From: Intoshia linei
Lineage: Eukaryota; Animalia; Orthonectida
Reading direction: 5' to 3'
DNA length: 64,000 nt
Assembly (NCBI GenBank): GCA_001642005.1
Contig: LWCA01000010.1
Coordinates: 1-64,000, forward strand
Below the pieces are notes generated by a model. The model saw nothing but the letters and a program-made list of their open reading frames with translations. It ran no database searches and was not told the DNA's origin. A program made the position numbers and the translations under genes. Below are positions 1-14,850 of this stretch, piece after piece; positions within the stretch are counted from its first letter, which is position 1, and each line of letters begins with the position of its first letter.

Positions 1-299
1 TTTTTCGGTAAATAATTAATAATAATTGGACAACAGAAAAAAGTTCTATTAAAACGCGATTTGTGGATACATTAGAGTGGAAGACTTAAAAAAATATGTA
101 AAATATTAATAATGACATAAAAAAAGATATCACTGACTGTCTTGATTTTGTGTGCCCTTCGCTGACATTTGAGAAACTGTGGCAAAGTCAAGAATGTAAC
201 TTTTTGATTAAAATATTTTAAATAGAATTTCAATAAAATCTCATTTTAACTTTCCAATTTGAAGTAAAATGATATATTGCATTATGATCAGATGTATTG

Positions 300-358
300 C
301 CCACGGCCGCACATAAACGCTCTTGCGGCCGCATGCGGCCGTACGTTGTGCACCCCTG
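300..358. mobile_element. Right terminus of a hAT (Charlie/Buster-like) element extending from the window start
   Basis: GC-rich subterminal cggccgc repeats ending GTTGTGCACCCCTG (reverse complement CAGGGGTGCACAAC). Confidence 0.55.
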
Positions 359-1547
359 TTATAGACTATACTAAAGCCTTAAATTAACCTTATATGATTT
401 ATCTTAATTTTATTTTTAGACTACATTAGAAGTACATTATAATAATATATGTATTGATTGTTTCTAAATTTTAATATTTGTAAATATTTTACAGTGGGTT
501 AAAGAATTTTCAATAATATGTTACAATAATATTTATAGAATTTATATAGTTTTAATTTTAAATTTTATTCAGCTAGTAAAATTTTTTTATATATATTAGA
601 TTGTACATTGCATTTATATTAAAATTTTGTTGATTTTTTATGAATTTGGATTGGTTTTCTAAATTATTTCATAGTTCGAAAAACAAAACTTATAGTATTA
701 TAGTGTTAAATGTTTAATAAAAATTGACCGCTATGAGTTACATTAACGTATATGCGACATTATTTATTTATCTTAAAAAATAAATTATATAATATATATA
801 TACATAAATAATAATATATGTGTAAATACCGTTAAAAATATTCATGATTTACTATTAGGTTATTATTGATTGAAATATCATTATATTAGATTGTAAAATA
901 TAATTCTATATAGTATATAGTAGGGTTCGCAATTTTGGTTTCGATAAAAGAAGACTCTTGTTTCATTTGATGTTATTAGTGATTCTAATCATGATCTTAG
1001 AGTCTAATCATTTGTAATAAAGAAAATTTGTATTATTTTGTATTAATTGACTTATTTTGATATAGTTGGTATATATTATAATTTATATTATTGCTATTAT
1101 TATACATGTAAACCTGGATATTGATTCATCCTCGACGTGGGTCGGGTTTTAAGGGTATATACTATATACCTTTATAATATACACTGTATATTATACAGTA
1201 ATTATTATATTATTTGTATACTCTATAATAATTTGTATATATTTTCCAGTATGTATAATATGTACTACTGGAATAAACTATAAGACATTTACTTACAATG
1301 TTATAAATTTTTTTAAATATAATGAATATATTCTATTTGAAACTACTATTTTAATATTTTTAAAATTCTACTTCTTATCAAATAGGCCTATAGACATATC
1401 AATTTCATAACATTAAATAGTAGTGTTAAAAATCGAATAAGACTGAAAGTAGAAAATATTTATTTGAAAAAACTATGGACATCAATTAATTAATTAAATA
1501 CTGTTATTTATTGTATTTATGAAAATAAATGAATATAATATATTCTA

Positions 1548-2120
1548 TATACTACGTACAAACAGCACCTAGCTCTGCCGAGGGCACATTTATATTCTAC
1601 CAAAAAAATAAATTCACGTTGAAAATCTAACTTAAAAATCCTACTATTCACTATTATCCATAAACAAGTGGTTCCCAAACTTGTTTCAGGTGGAACCATC
1701 ATATGACATTACTATTGAAAATCTAACTTAAAAATCCTACTATTCACTATTATCAATTCTTTAAAGGAAAAAATAAATTCACGTTGAAAATCTAATTTAA
1801 AAATCCTACTATTCACTATTATCAATCCTTTAAAGGAGTGGTTCCCAAATTTGTTTCAGTTGAAACTGTCATATTACATTAGTTTTTACTACCTGTAAAT
1901 TTTATTTAAATTCTAGGGTTGTTTTCATTAAAAAAAAAGGTAATTTGAAGTTTTGGCCTTGAAGATATAATTTTATGATAATATTTATGATTTTAAAATG
2001 CGTATTAGAGTATATATTTTTTTTAATTCTCAAACTCGTTTGATTTTTAAAAAAAGGACAATTAGGCTTTTTGACCTGTAAGATGTGAGTTTGGGAGGTT
2101 GAAATTTATTTTTCTAACTA
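1548..2120 (-). mobile_element. Helitron-family copy with internal tandem duplications
   Basis: Reverse 3' motif tactacgtacaaacagcacctagctctgccgaggg at about 1551. The body shares segments with other copies, and a unit of about 40-60 nt (gaaaatctaacttaaaaatcctactattcactattatc) occurs 3 times. Confidence 0.7.
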
Positions 2121-5100
2121 TTTACCTTTCTATGTACGATTAATTGATATTCTGAAATACTTTTTTGTAGACTAAAAAATTTATTGAAATTTTATGGTCA
2201 AACCATCTAATCAATATGGCGCGATGTAAAAATATTTTTTCCATCAATTTAACTAAAAAAAACTTATATTATCCTAAAAACGAATGAAGAAACGGCTATT
2301 ATAATTATTTATTATATTTTTTTTATGCAGTATATATTATACATTTAAGAAAATAACAATAAAAGTTATAAAATTAGGTAGTAAATAATAATATTATCAA
2401 TATAATACTAATAATACATATTATTAATAATATTTAACTATGTTCACAATAGTGAAGAGCCGAACCTACTATATTAAGATACACCTATGCGGTGGGCTCA
2501 ATTAAATTTTTAGAAAATAATATTATTAAATATTAAAAAACATATTTATAAAAACACACCATAGATGGTAACTTTTTAAGCTTATTTTTTTTCAGTGCAG
2601 TTCCACTATTGGCCAACATTTTTTAAAAATAAATCAAAAAAAAATTGAGGATTAGCATAGGCTTGATTATTCGCAAAAATCGAAAATTCGAAGAAATTTA
2701 TATAATTTTTGGCAAATAGTAGAGGCGTCGTATTTCTAATACTGTTCAGTAATTTTTCAGCATAATGTTCATTAATGAATGCATAGTTGGTAAAAAATAA
2801 TTTAATATAATATAACTTAACTTAAAATGTACAGATTTAAATTCATTAATTATAATTATTAATTATAAAATTTATAAATATAATATGAATGAAAATAAAA
2901 ATTTAAAAATTAATGTTTATTCTGTACTTCAGAATATTACAAGAGGTTCCAACAGTATAATTAGAAAATGAAAATAAAATTTACTTTCTTAAATCAATAT
3001 ATAAATGAATAATTTAATTTCTAATTTTAATTTTCCTGAACAGCACAAATTTTGTCCTTTAATGCAATGGCTCCCAAAGGGGGCGACTATAAAAAATCGA
3101 ACAATATTTAAGAAGTATTACATTTATTTATTATTTACAGAGGTTAACTTACCTTATCGGCAACATCTGAATATTTTTCTTATCTCAATCTTTATCTATT
3201 TTTATGATAATATGTTATTATTGTTAATATATTAATGAATTGTATAATTGTACAATTTATATCATTAATAATAATATAAAATGATTCATTATATAATAAA
3301 ATGTATATAAATTTCTTTTTACATAATTTTAAGTATATAGTGTAGGAAAAACTTATATAAAAATAATTATAATATAACATAAATAAAATAGTTGGTAAAA
3401 ATATATTTAAATTGATGAATATTATTTTTAATTAATAACTTAACATTATTAAATTAAGTTACATTAACTTTGTAAATAAAATAAAATTCTAAGATATATA
3501 ATAAATTTAATAAATACAAGTTGTATACTACATGTAATATGTATAGTAGGTTTTCACACGTATTCAAGAATCAAGGGCAATCAATGCTCATGTAGTATTT
3601 TCGTGTAAAATAACAAAATCTAGAATCAGTGTATCAAAATTGCCGATTTGACTAAGTGATAATTTTAAATCTATCATATAAAAATTAAAACGGAACTTTA
3701 TTTGAGTAAAAACTACATATTAATAACATGATTTTATCATTATAATAATGTCATATCCGTGTTTACGTGTTCACAAAAAATCGTGTTTTTTGACTTAAAT
3801 GGATAATATTTCTATTTTCTAAAGTTTCTATACATGTCTCTTACATTTCAAAATGAACATCCTTAAAGTATACAATTAACACATATATATTAATTATTAT
3901 ATTTTATTATTATTGATTATAATATTAACATATATTGTACTTCAAACGAATTTTTTAAATTATTAAATTTATATTTGCAAATTATAATACATAATGTTAT
4001 TTTTTTAAACATAATAATATCGATAATACTAGTCGGTATGTTTAATATTTACATATTACACTAGTCAACAAAATGAAAATTTTTTTCGAAGATCTGTATA
4101 AAATACACATCATTAAATAGTTGAAATTTTTGTGGTCAACATGATATTTTACTTTTATATTTTCCAAATTGCAATCAAAAGTATGGCTGATAATAATATC
4201 ATAGTAACTAGCATATTTTAATAAATCTCAATTAATTAATCTTAATATAAATAATGTATAGATTGAGATGTTTAATTTTTAGGGTTAATAATCTCTCACG
4301 TAGAAAAAAAGATCTTTAGATACACGATAATTGAATATTAAATAAATTACAGGTACCCAATAATTAAATGACCACTGACTCTTCAACAGGTCGAAGATCT
4401 CAATCAGATTGTTCTAGACATTTAAAGTGTATATTGAACTATCTAAATCTAGATTTACTGAAAAATTTTGAGATAATGAGATTATAAGAAAAATATATTA
4501 ATACATTTATTTAAATTAAATTATAAATAATAACAATAATAATATACAATTTTAATCGGATTATAATTATTATCAAAAAAAATAAATTATTTAGTTCGAT
4601 TTGTTTGTTTTTTAGATAAATGCTATCATAAAACCACTTTTTAACAATATAAATTTATGATAATTATATAATTCGTAACTTTTTAAATGTATTTTGTGAT
4701 TTGTTGGCTGCTGTAGCAACAAAATACATATATTATAAGCTTAATAAATAGTGAACACGATCACCAATTATTTAATGTTGTATATCATCGTAATCGCATT
4801 TAATTTAATTATCTACAAAATGATATTATTTTTGTGAATATCTATTTTGAGTGTTGACTAGTGTTATAGTAGTTTATTTTATATATTTTAAAAAAACTTA
4901 TAGCAAGTAATTAATTATTGTTACGTTTATAGTTTATAAAAATACCGTTATAATCCTATAACGGTCTTATGTGGTTTATATGATGCTTAAAACGGGATAT
5001 ATGCTTAATCAACATTACTGATATGTACGCATATTGGTGTATTATCAATTTATTATATATTATTATTGGTAATATGTGTATATTATACATACGTTTAATA

Positions 5101-7967
5101 TTATACACAAGTAAATTACAACATTTCACAGTCTTAGAAAAATTTACTATTTGTTAAATTGAATTAGTAATAATTTTGACAGGCCTTATTTTGAAAATCT
5201 TTAGTTGGTAATGTTTATTGTATTATAATTTATTAAGATTTTATTTAGTATGTAAACTTAATTTTGTATTAATTAATAATTTTGTTGTAACGCGGGCCGC
5301 ATAATTGACGCTGCTGGTCTATACTCTAAAATAGGTTCGGAACCAATGACCTGCGGTCATAAGTGGCTCGTTCGGTAAATATGTACATTATTTATTTTTA
5401 AATTTGCAAATTTTCAAGACTGTTTTAAACATTTTTTACAATAATTGGCAATTTAATTAATTAATCAAATTCTAGTTTATTTATTTTGATTTTTACAACA
5501 TTAATTTTGAGTTTACAATAAATTTTATGTATGTTTTTTGGGGTTAATTATGAGGAAGTCAAACATCTTTAAAAACCAAAATAAATGAGCTAGAAATGAA
5601 TTTAAAAAAATAAAATGGTTCACAAATCCTAGTAAATTCATCAAAGAAATAACCAACATAATTATCCATAGAATCAAAATTAAAGCTAATTATACATAAA
5701 ATAATAATGGTGTAATAACATTTGAAATCAATTTTAACTGATTTTACTAATGAAGGTTATCGGTTTCTTAATATTATAACCTAATTTGGAACATTTTTTT
5801 CTCAAAATCGTTTTGGTTGATACAAATTCTCCAAACATTCGATTTTTTTTCAACAAAACTTAAATAAAATTTCTTATCTGTAAAATCACAATATACTGGT
5901 GGAATTAAAAACGAAAACAATACAATTGTGAGTGGTAATTGGCGCAGTGATTAGAAGAAATTACAGAATCTAATTGATTCATACAAAACTCTAAAAGAAA
6001 TATAAACGAAAGCCTTTATTAATTTTATGAAACGTGACTGTATTTCTAACGCTTAATGTAATGCAATAACATTATATCAAGTAAAATCCTACATTATGAA
6101 TATGGATAGATCACCTAAACTTAAGTAAGTTTGCGATTTTAATTTTCCAAATTAGAATTGATTAGTTCTAAACAGAACTGTTATCAAATGTAAAATTGCT
6201 AGATTATTATTATTCTTACTTATATAATATGCTATGCAATATTTGTAAGTAATTTAATAGTAAATATGTTTTACGTAAATGCCCAGGCTATCTTGAATAT
6301 TCGTTGAAATGGATTAATATTTAGGAAATATAATTTTTTTATACTTGATAATTAATATACAAGTATATATAATATATATATGTATGTATATCTAAGGAAG
6401 TTCAAAAATATAATTTTTCATTTTTTCGAGACATCTTAATGTTAACTGTATTTGATTTGATTTTATCATAGACAGTAATTTTTTTACATACTAATTAATT
6501 ATGTCCAATTCAATATAATTATAGCGAGTGAATATAAAAATATTTTATTTTAGCATGTTTTTCATTAAAATCATACAAAAATAGTTTTTATTGCAAAATA
6601 TTATTTGGAAAATAACGGTAAATAATGGAAAATTTAGCAAATAATAGAAGCAAATTAATAAACATTATGTAAATTCAATTGAACCATACCACAATTAACT
6701 TACAAGATTCATGCTACTTAGATAATTATCAAATGCTCTGATATTAAAACTAGACACTAAAAAACTAGAGAATAAACTTTGAGTTATCAATATAGCTTCA
6801 TACAAATTCATCTACTACAGACCCAAGTTAAAACTAAAATATTAAGATTAATTTTTTACCTACAAGCCATATTAAAAAAAATTTAAATATCTATGGTGTT
6901 CACAGTGTGATTACCATTTACAGTTCACACCAGATAATATTTTTTTATCCAATTAAATTATAAAATCAAACTAAAAGACCAGAATTTGTCAATTTTTTAA
7001 TGAATAAATTATGATAATTAATTTATAAAATAAAAAAAAATGTATATTGTATTGTATCTCATTCTTGATAATAAAGCCCAATAAACGACATATGCATGAA
7101 AAGCTATGATATAATCAAGATTATTATTTATGTTTAGTTTGTAATAAACCTATATATTTTTATTATAATTCTTACATTACCCATTATCAGATAGTATCTT
7201 TTTAATTTTATTGAAATTGTTTAAAATTAATTTATTAACCCATTTTCTCCCAAGCCAATTTAAGTTTTTTTTGTCAGATTTTAATAAAATTTTAGAATAT
7301 TACATATCCTCTCACATTGATATTTTTTATAATTTAAATTAAACATTGGATCAATGTTAACAATCTGGTCATTTTTAACACTAGGCACTTTAAACTGTGA
7401 TTTTTTCTATTATTGAAATTTACCATGTCAAATTAATAACCATACTTCTCATAAAACGACGTTGTCGTACATTATTTTCATACATTTTCTACTATTTCCA
7501 TTATCGTAAAATACTTTTTTTATAATAAATTTTAAATCATTTTAATTGAGTGTAAAAAATAAAATTAATTTTAATTTAAGATTTTAATAACAAACCTCAA
7601 GTAAAAAATTTATAATATTTGCATTAGAAAAAAATACATATTAATACTGTTGAAATCGTTTTAATTATTGTTTTAAACTAAATTAAATTAATAAAATATT
7701 CCCAATCTATTTGAGTTGTCTATATTTAATATAAATGAAATAAACTACAGTTATGCATCGTTTATTTTCAAATTCGAACGGATACCTAAAAACTATCTTA
7801 AATAGCTGTCCCGAACTGTAAATTTAAATTTTTAATATTGCCTTAATTATTTTATTTTAGTCTATTTTGTTAAATGAAAATATGGATGTGATGAAGTTGT
7901 CTGAATATAATAAAATTAAATATATAGGACTTTTGTAATTTTGTCGTGAGATTGTGGTAATCTTGAT

Positions 7968-8624
7968 CAGGGATTGGAAATAATTGATTCCAATCAATTA
8001 TTTTGTATAAACCAATTAATTGTTTGCTAAATATTAATATTTCAATTAATTAGTTTTTTTATATAACCGAAAAAATATAAATTGAATCCTTTTATGACGA
8101 ATGGTTGATGAAAAAATTAAATTTAGCCATTATAAACTATAATTTATAATAATACAATATTAAGGTGTCAAGTTGACACTGTCAACACTGTTTTAGCGTA
8201 TCACAGTTTCACCATCCTTTATTTATTTCCAGAAAAATTTTTATGTCCAAATTCGAAGGAATAAAATAAATAATATGAAAATATTTTCTAAATACTATTC
8301 TGCAAATAAAATATAATGCAACTAAAATAGTTTGATATTGTATAATTAAATATTAACATTTCATTATTCTATGCAATTTTAGAAAAATAGAAACGCGTTT
8401 TTCACCAGAAAAATGATTTATTTAACCTACTAGCTTGACTGTTATGTACTTCGGACAAACAGCATCCTAGTAAATTCATTATAACCACATGACAGCTTTT
8501 TTTAAAATTTATTAGGATATTGTTATCAATGTTACATTAATTGGAAAAATTTTTTTGATTTTTCAATAAATTTTACCAATTAATTGCAATTAAATTGGTT
8601 GCAATCAATTAATTTCAATCCCTG
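7968..8624. mobile_element. MITE with CAGGGATTG(G)AAATAATTGATT TIRs (hAT-like)
   Basis: Left cagggattggaaataattgatt / right aatcaattaatttcaatccctg. TSD not clean. Confidence 0.65.
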
Positions 8625-9141
8625 GTGATACATAGTTTAATTTGAATTATATTTATGAAGGTATATTTCTCAATCCAATGTAAAAAAGATGTAAAGAAGT
8701 AGCCCGATTAATGCGATTGATAAATCCTAGTTGTATCGTATTAATCAATGATTATTATAATAAAAATGTTTATTAAATTTTAATTTTAACTAAAAATTAT
8801 GTCGCAAATGGATGATAATTATTGTCTGTCAATTGAATTTTAATACACTTTTATTGAATATTGATTCTCAATGTTTTTATGTTATTATTAGAAATAATCA
8901 CTTGTGTTAATGCACAATATCCATATTAAGATAAAAGTAGGTTAAATGTTATATGAAAAATATAACTATGCTTGGTATTTTTCAATTACTTTCTTATTGT
9001 GGCAATTTTTTTACCGTCCATGAATTATTGTAAATTGTCGGTAAATAATCATAGAAATACCATATAAATTGTAAATACAACTAAAAACAATTAAAACAAA
9101 AATTATCTATCAATATCCTGTATAATTAACAAAATTAAAAT

Positions 9142-12100
9142 ATGAGTGATGTAGAAATTAAAGATAATGGTACATTTATAAAATACACATACATGTAGTG
9201 TAATATGTAATTTTCGTATTATAGTGGATGAAGCAAAATCGTTAAGCAGTAGACTATGCTCAACTCTATTAATTGCAATTTCATATATTCTTATTGCTGT
9301 ATCATTTCCTGTGTCGATATTTTTCTGTATTAAAATTATTCAAGAGTATGAACGAGCGCTCATTTTCAGACTAGGTCGTCTAATCAGTGGAAAAGCCTTT
9401 GGCCCAGGTTAGTCCATGTTACTATTATTATACTGTCATTTCAACGCTAAATTAATGCAAATTAAAGTTTTTAATTTTTAGGAATATTTTTTGTTATTCC
9501 TTGTATAGACACCTACAGAGTCGTTGATTTACGAACTGTAGCATTTGATGTACCACCTCAAGAAATTCTTACCAAAGATTCTGTTACTGTTGTAACAGAT
9601 GCCGTCGTTTTCTATAATGTTTTCAATCCAGTTGCATCCATTATTAATGTTGAAAATGTTACTTCTGCTACACGATTACTGGCAGCAACAACTTTACGTA
9701 ATGAATTGGGTACAAAGGATTTGAGTGATATTTTATTACACAGAGAAGAAGTTGCCTCAAAAATGCAAGTAATATATTATTAAAGCTAAAATCATTATTA
9801 ATACACTTAATCATTGTCTCTAAATCTTGATCAGTAGCACGCGGAAGACATTTTAACATATTGTTAATGAAAAGATGTAAAATTTTGAGGTTGATGTTTA
9901 CTACAATAGTAATGACTAGGGTAGTTTTTTATGGTAAAATGCTATTTTTATATGATAATTAGCACGAAATTACTAGAACCATGATACCATTATTATGTTT
10001 ATTATTATCTAATTAACAATTTATAACATCATTAATTGCCATAAAATCAATTATGTTTAAAAAATTGATTTTTTAAGTTTAAATTGAGTTACCATTGAAT
10101 CACAAAACAATGTGTATTATTAATAATATATATAATACTATATTTGAACAATAAAAATGATAAAATGCCACCTTATATATACAATTTATTCAAAAAAGCA
10201 CCATCTACCACAAATAGTTTTGAACGGAGTTTCAGTTTGTTAAAAAGAGCAATTCTTACCAGATAATGTTAAGAAAAATACTATGTTATACTACAATAAA
10301 CATTATGTACAATAAACATTAATAATTTTCAATATCACTAACATCGCACAATAAGATTTACATCGTTTGTTTTATTTGAAGTTATATAGTATATATGATA
10401 TGCTTGTCCGTGTGTGTTATCGTTGATTTCAATGACTAACAGTCTTAGAATATTATAAAGTGCACATTTCAATTAAAGTTTTGTTCCGGGACATATAATA
10501 AGATAAATGTCAATCTCCCAAACTCACATCTTACGGGTCAAAAAAGTACTTTAGTATTCATATATTTTTTTTCCGAAATTTTTTATTAAAACAAAAAATG
10601 TGAAATAATTAACGGTCCGAATAATATTAATCAGTTTAATATAAATAATAATAATCTATTAAAAAAAAGATTATTCTGATAGAGCTAATTCCAGTTGATG
10701 TAAATACATAATTACAACCCCAGAAATTCACGCATTCCCAGTGAAAAATAAATTTTAATATATTATCATTCAATATTTTTCAAATATTTCGATTAAAATA
10801 AAAATTGGAAATGTAAATTATTGATCCTACAAATTCAAAAAAATTTCAAAAAAACAATTGTTATTCCATTTTTTAAATTTATTATACAGAATTTGTGTAC
10901 AAAACCTGTATATATAATGAATAAATATTCCTTATTTTAAATTTTATTCATATTAATTTATTATGTAAAGTTACCGACACCATCATGCTTGGGCCTATGC
11001 AAATATTAAAATTAAGGTCTATTAAATATTGTATTGCTTCAATTTAAATCCTACTAAAGTAAGGTTTAGGGTACGGTAGATTCAATTGGTATTAACCATA
11101 GAACTAACAAAAATTTTAGGATAATGAAATTTTTCGATACGGCATTCATCTTTAAAAATTGTATTTGAAATTGGGGTTTTTTAAATTCTAAGACTGTTAA
11201 TTTTTTAAATAAACCCTAACACACACTAAATTTTATATGCAAAGGATGTAATATGCAATATACATACCGTTTTATGGTCTACAGGTTTTTTCAATACAAT
11301 CTTAGGGGCAGATCGAATTCCTGCGCTACATAACGGCTTAATATTCATAAATTATTTATTCAATAAGTATATAATATAGTATAATATATATATTATAGTG
11401 TATATGTAGTATAATATAGTATAGAGGTATAATAAGAAATTTAGCTTGCATTTGATGAATCTACTGACGCATGGGGCATACAAATACAGCGAATTGAAAT
11501 GTAATTCAATAGTCAGTTTATACGTCTAATATTTTTGTCATTTATGCATATTAAACATTCACTTTAGTAAGGATGTCAGATTACCAATACAAATGCAAAA
11601 ATCAATGAGTGCTGTCGCGGAAGCTACAAGAGATGCACGAGCTAAAGTAATCATATTTATAAAATTTTTCTAATACATTAATTATATTCATTATCATCGT
11701 ACTAATCGAGATTTAAATATACACATAATGTCTAATTTTGATAATTTGTCTTATGTATATTTATTTTTGTATTTAATACATTGTCTTATGTAATTGTGAC
11801 GTCTAACTGGCAGAATGGTTATAGTCATATAATTATATTCTACGTAATAAATAATATTGAAATTGTTATTATAAATAAATAAATCATAAAAAATATATAA
11901 AAAAACTGAAAAAAAATATAAAGTGTATGTCTAAAAAATGTTTTTATAAAAATAAAAATTTATTAAAAATTAATAACTGCACATTCCAAGTTAAGTTAAG
12001 TTATTTTTAAGTTAGATTTTCAACATGAATTTATTTTTTAGTATAATAAAAATGTGCCCTCGGCAGAGCTAGGTGCTGTTTGTACGTAGTACATAACAGT

Positions 12101-12910
12101 CAAGCTACTTTTGTATATTTAATTACTCGCTTCATTATTTTAAAACTGCTCATTTCTGTCTACTCTAGTTATGAATCTTGATAATAAAAATTAATTGCTG
12201 TAAATTTTAAAGAATACTTTTAGGTTATTATGGCGGAAGGTGAAGAACACGCTGCTCTTTCTATCAAAGAAGCTGCCGATATAATTGGGTTTTTATAATT
12301 TTATTATTATTTTTTGAATTTAATTAACATACAAGCATATTAAATATCTTTTGAAATTGAGCACTAAAAAATTTTCTTTGAAAATCAAATTATTTAAATT
12401 AAAAATGTCCAGTCAAAGTCATAGAGAGGTGACTAATTGTTATATGAGACTACAATTTATTTCCGAAATTTTTTTATGACACTATTTTCATTTTCGGTGG
12501 CCGCTAGCTTGGACTCTGTACCAAGACGGGAAAACATTTTTTTGATTAATTTTGAAAAATTGTTAACGAATATTGCAAACTGGCGAATAATGGAGGCTAC
12601 ACTGCATTTCTATAAATTTAGAATTTTGAATACTAATTAATAACCTACACGTGTTTTGTCTTTCTCATGCTTTTATAAAATAGTTTAAATTTTTGAAAAT
12701 CTCAATCCCTGATGAATTACTATGTGAAAATCCCAATCAATTAATTCAATTAATAAAACATTACAACACTTATAATCAATATTTAGACAATCAGAAAATG
12801 CATTGCAGTTACGATTCCTTCAAACATTACATTCGATATCTCAAGAAAAAAATTCTACTGTGGTTGTTCCAATACCAGTTGACTTTCTTAAACACATAAT
12901 GAAAAAATAA
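9142..12910 (+). CDS. Stomatin / MEC-2-like SPFH (band 7) protein, paralog 1 (7 exons)
   Basis: Exons 9142-9169, 9225-9407, 9482-9768, 11445-11500, 11568-11646, 12224-12288, 12787-12910, all GT-AG and in frame. Motifs: [83 protein letters not shown]. Confidence 0.95.
10435..10850 (+). mobile_element. Helitron-family internal fragment in a stomatin-1 intron
   Basis: Matches segments of 60545-61200 (agtcttagaat...aaactcacatcttacgggtcaa...ccccagaaat...attgatcctac). Confidence 0.75.
11990..12108 (+). mobile_element. Helitron-family 3' terminus
   Basis: ccctcggcagagctaggtgCTGTTTGTACgtaGTACAtAACAGtcaagctac: hairpin plus CTAG-like end. Confidence 0.7.
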
Positions 12911-13481
12911 ATATCAAGTCAATATTTAGTTTCCAAATTAAATTTTATATTATTAAATATTATATTAATAAAATCCATACACCAATTTTTTCCCGATTTT
13001 AAGATAACGACAATTTCCTTTTTGCAATACATGACAGTGCGTTCAGAACTTCAGACCATTAGTAGCCATTGGCTACATCTAAATTTCCTTTGATTGACAG
13101 GTTAAATGTTTATATTCGTGTTGTTATGTCTGATAAGCAAATTTTTGATTTAGTCATATTCAATGATTAGAGTCTAATCATTAGACTAGAGAAGACTAAA
13201 AAGAGCACTTTTGAAATTATAAAACGGGTAAAAAAATAATAAAATGTATCAAACTCATTGTAATAATAAAATATATAGCTAAGTGCATTAGCTTTATGAC
13301 ATAATCGTATCTACAAAATAAAAAGAGCAATAATAAAATATTATCGTTGATTTATATATATAATACGTTTGAATCATTAATTAAATGAAAAAGAATAACG
13401 GATATGACCAAAATAAAATAAATTAGATTTAAACCACAACAATTATCAAAATTTTCTGGTTCAAATTAGTTAATTATTTAT

Positions 13482-13860
13482 TTATATATATAACAAAAAA
13501 TATGTTTCAACGTTAAAATTTTTAAATCGCCAATCTTTTGTTAAAATACGTTTTAAATTTGAGAATGATCGTTTTACAAAACAGGAAGTGGAGTTGCAGA
13601 GTTGTAAATCACAATATAAAGATGGTTCCATATTTTCTACAGGATTCATAATATCATTAAGACCGATTGAAATCATACTTTTTCGTAAATATGTTTTTAT
13701 CTTACATACATTTCACCGAAGGTCAACTGATTTAAATCTTGGAATGCTTGCTTCATTGAATATTTCATACTTTCCATTTTAAGCACCAATGAAATTAAGA
13801 TAAAATATTTTGCTTAATGTTGAAAATATAATGAAATGGTCGGATAAGCTTGAGAAAGAG
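13482..13860 (-). mobile_element. Degenerate DNA-transposase C-terminal remnant (hAT-dimerization-like motif)
   Basis: CNSTSCFVKRSFSNLKRILTKDWRFK resembles the TSxxVERSFSxLK motif. A similar remnant ([19 protein letters not shown]) lies at about 10200-10260 (+). Confidence 0.5.
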
Positions 13861-14850
13861 AAAACGACTAAAAAATTTAATATTTAAATATAATTTATAG
13901 TCTAAATATAAAATTAAACATGAAAATGTGAAAGTTTTAGAATTTAAATATAAAAATTAAATATTAAACTGTATAATACAAAATGTCTACTTATATCAGG
14001 GGTCTTCAACGAGATTTTGGAGTTAACGAGTCCTTAACTAGTCCGCAACTAGTCCAAAGAGATAATTATTTGCATAAAACTAAATCAGACGAATCACAAG
14101 CCCACAATGCCTCGAAAAAAGAAGAATAAAACATACTATTTCAAATACTAAAAAATACGGTTTAGTCAATAATAGTCTTGATATAATTGGGACACCAAAT
14201 AATAAAACCAAAAATTTAAAAATGTTAGGAAATTTGGAAAAAAGTATTGGTAAAGTCAGAAGCATATTAACACCTAAAAAATATACACACACAAACAAAT
14301 ATTGCGTAGCATATTATATAATAAAGAAAAATTTCTAAGACATTTATTTAATTTACATTCATAATTATCTTAATTGTTAATTTGTTAATTAATGAGTTTA
14401 GTTGAAGTACAATACAATATTTAATTTTTATAAGAATTGAAATTCAATAATGGGCCATTATGAATGGCATTGTATAAAATACATATGGAATCAATCGAAT
14501 TATCATCGTACATGTGTTAAAATTATCACAAAGAATTGTATGTACACAAGTACAACATACATCATTTTTACGCCCTAAATTGATGACAATTACAATTAGA
14601 CAATGTTGAAAAATTTGATGATAATACATAGGCGGAAAATCTATTTATGCGTGACATCGTCAACATTAGAGTGCAAGTGATTATTAACGTTGTACAGTAT
14701 CATTTATTCATCTTTCGAGATTAAAAAGTGTCTCGTAGCACATTATTTCAAGAATTATTAATACAATAGACATTTAAAACTAAGAAACTAATTTACATCG
14801 TTAAAAATATATATTTTGTGCATATTCTTCTGTATTATTTAAATTTAACT

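Noticed and set aside
1517-3380. Short ORFs 1517-1702, 3005-3235 and 3192-3380
   Set aside because: Low-complexity I/Y/F/N-rich translations of AT-rich or repeat DNA.
4368-6130. Possible unannotated gene in the first 9 kb
   Set aside because: Only short stop-interrupted frames, with no consistent splice chain or recognisable domain.
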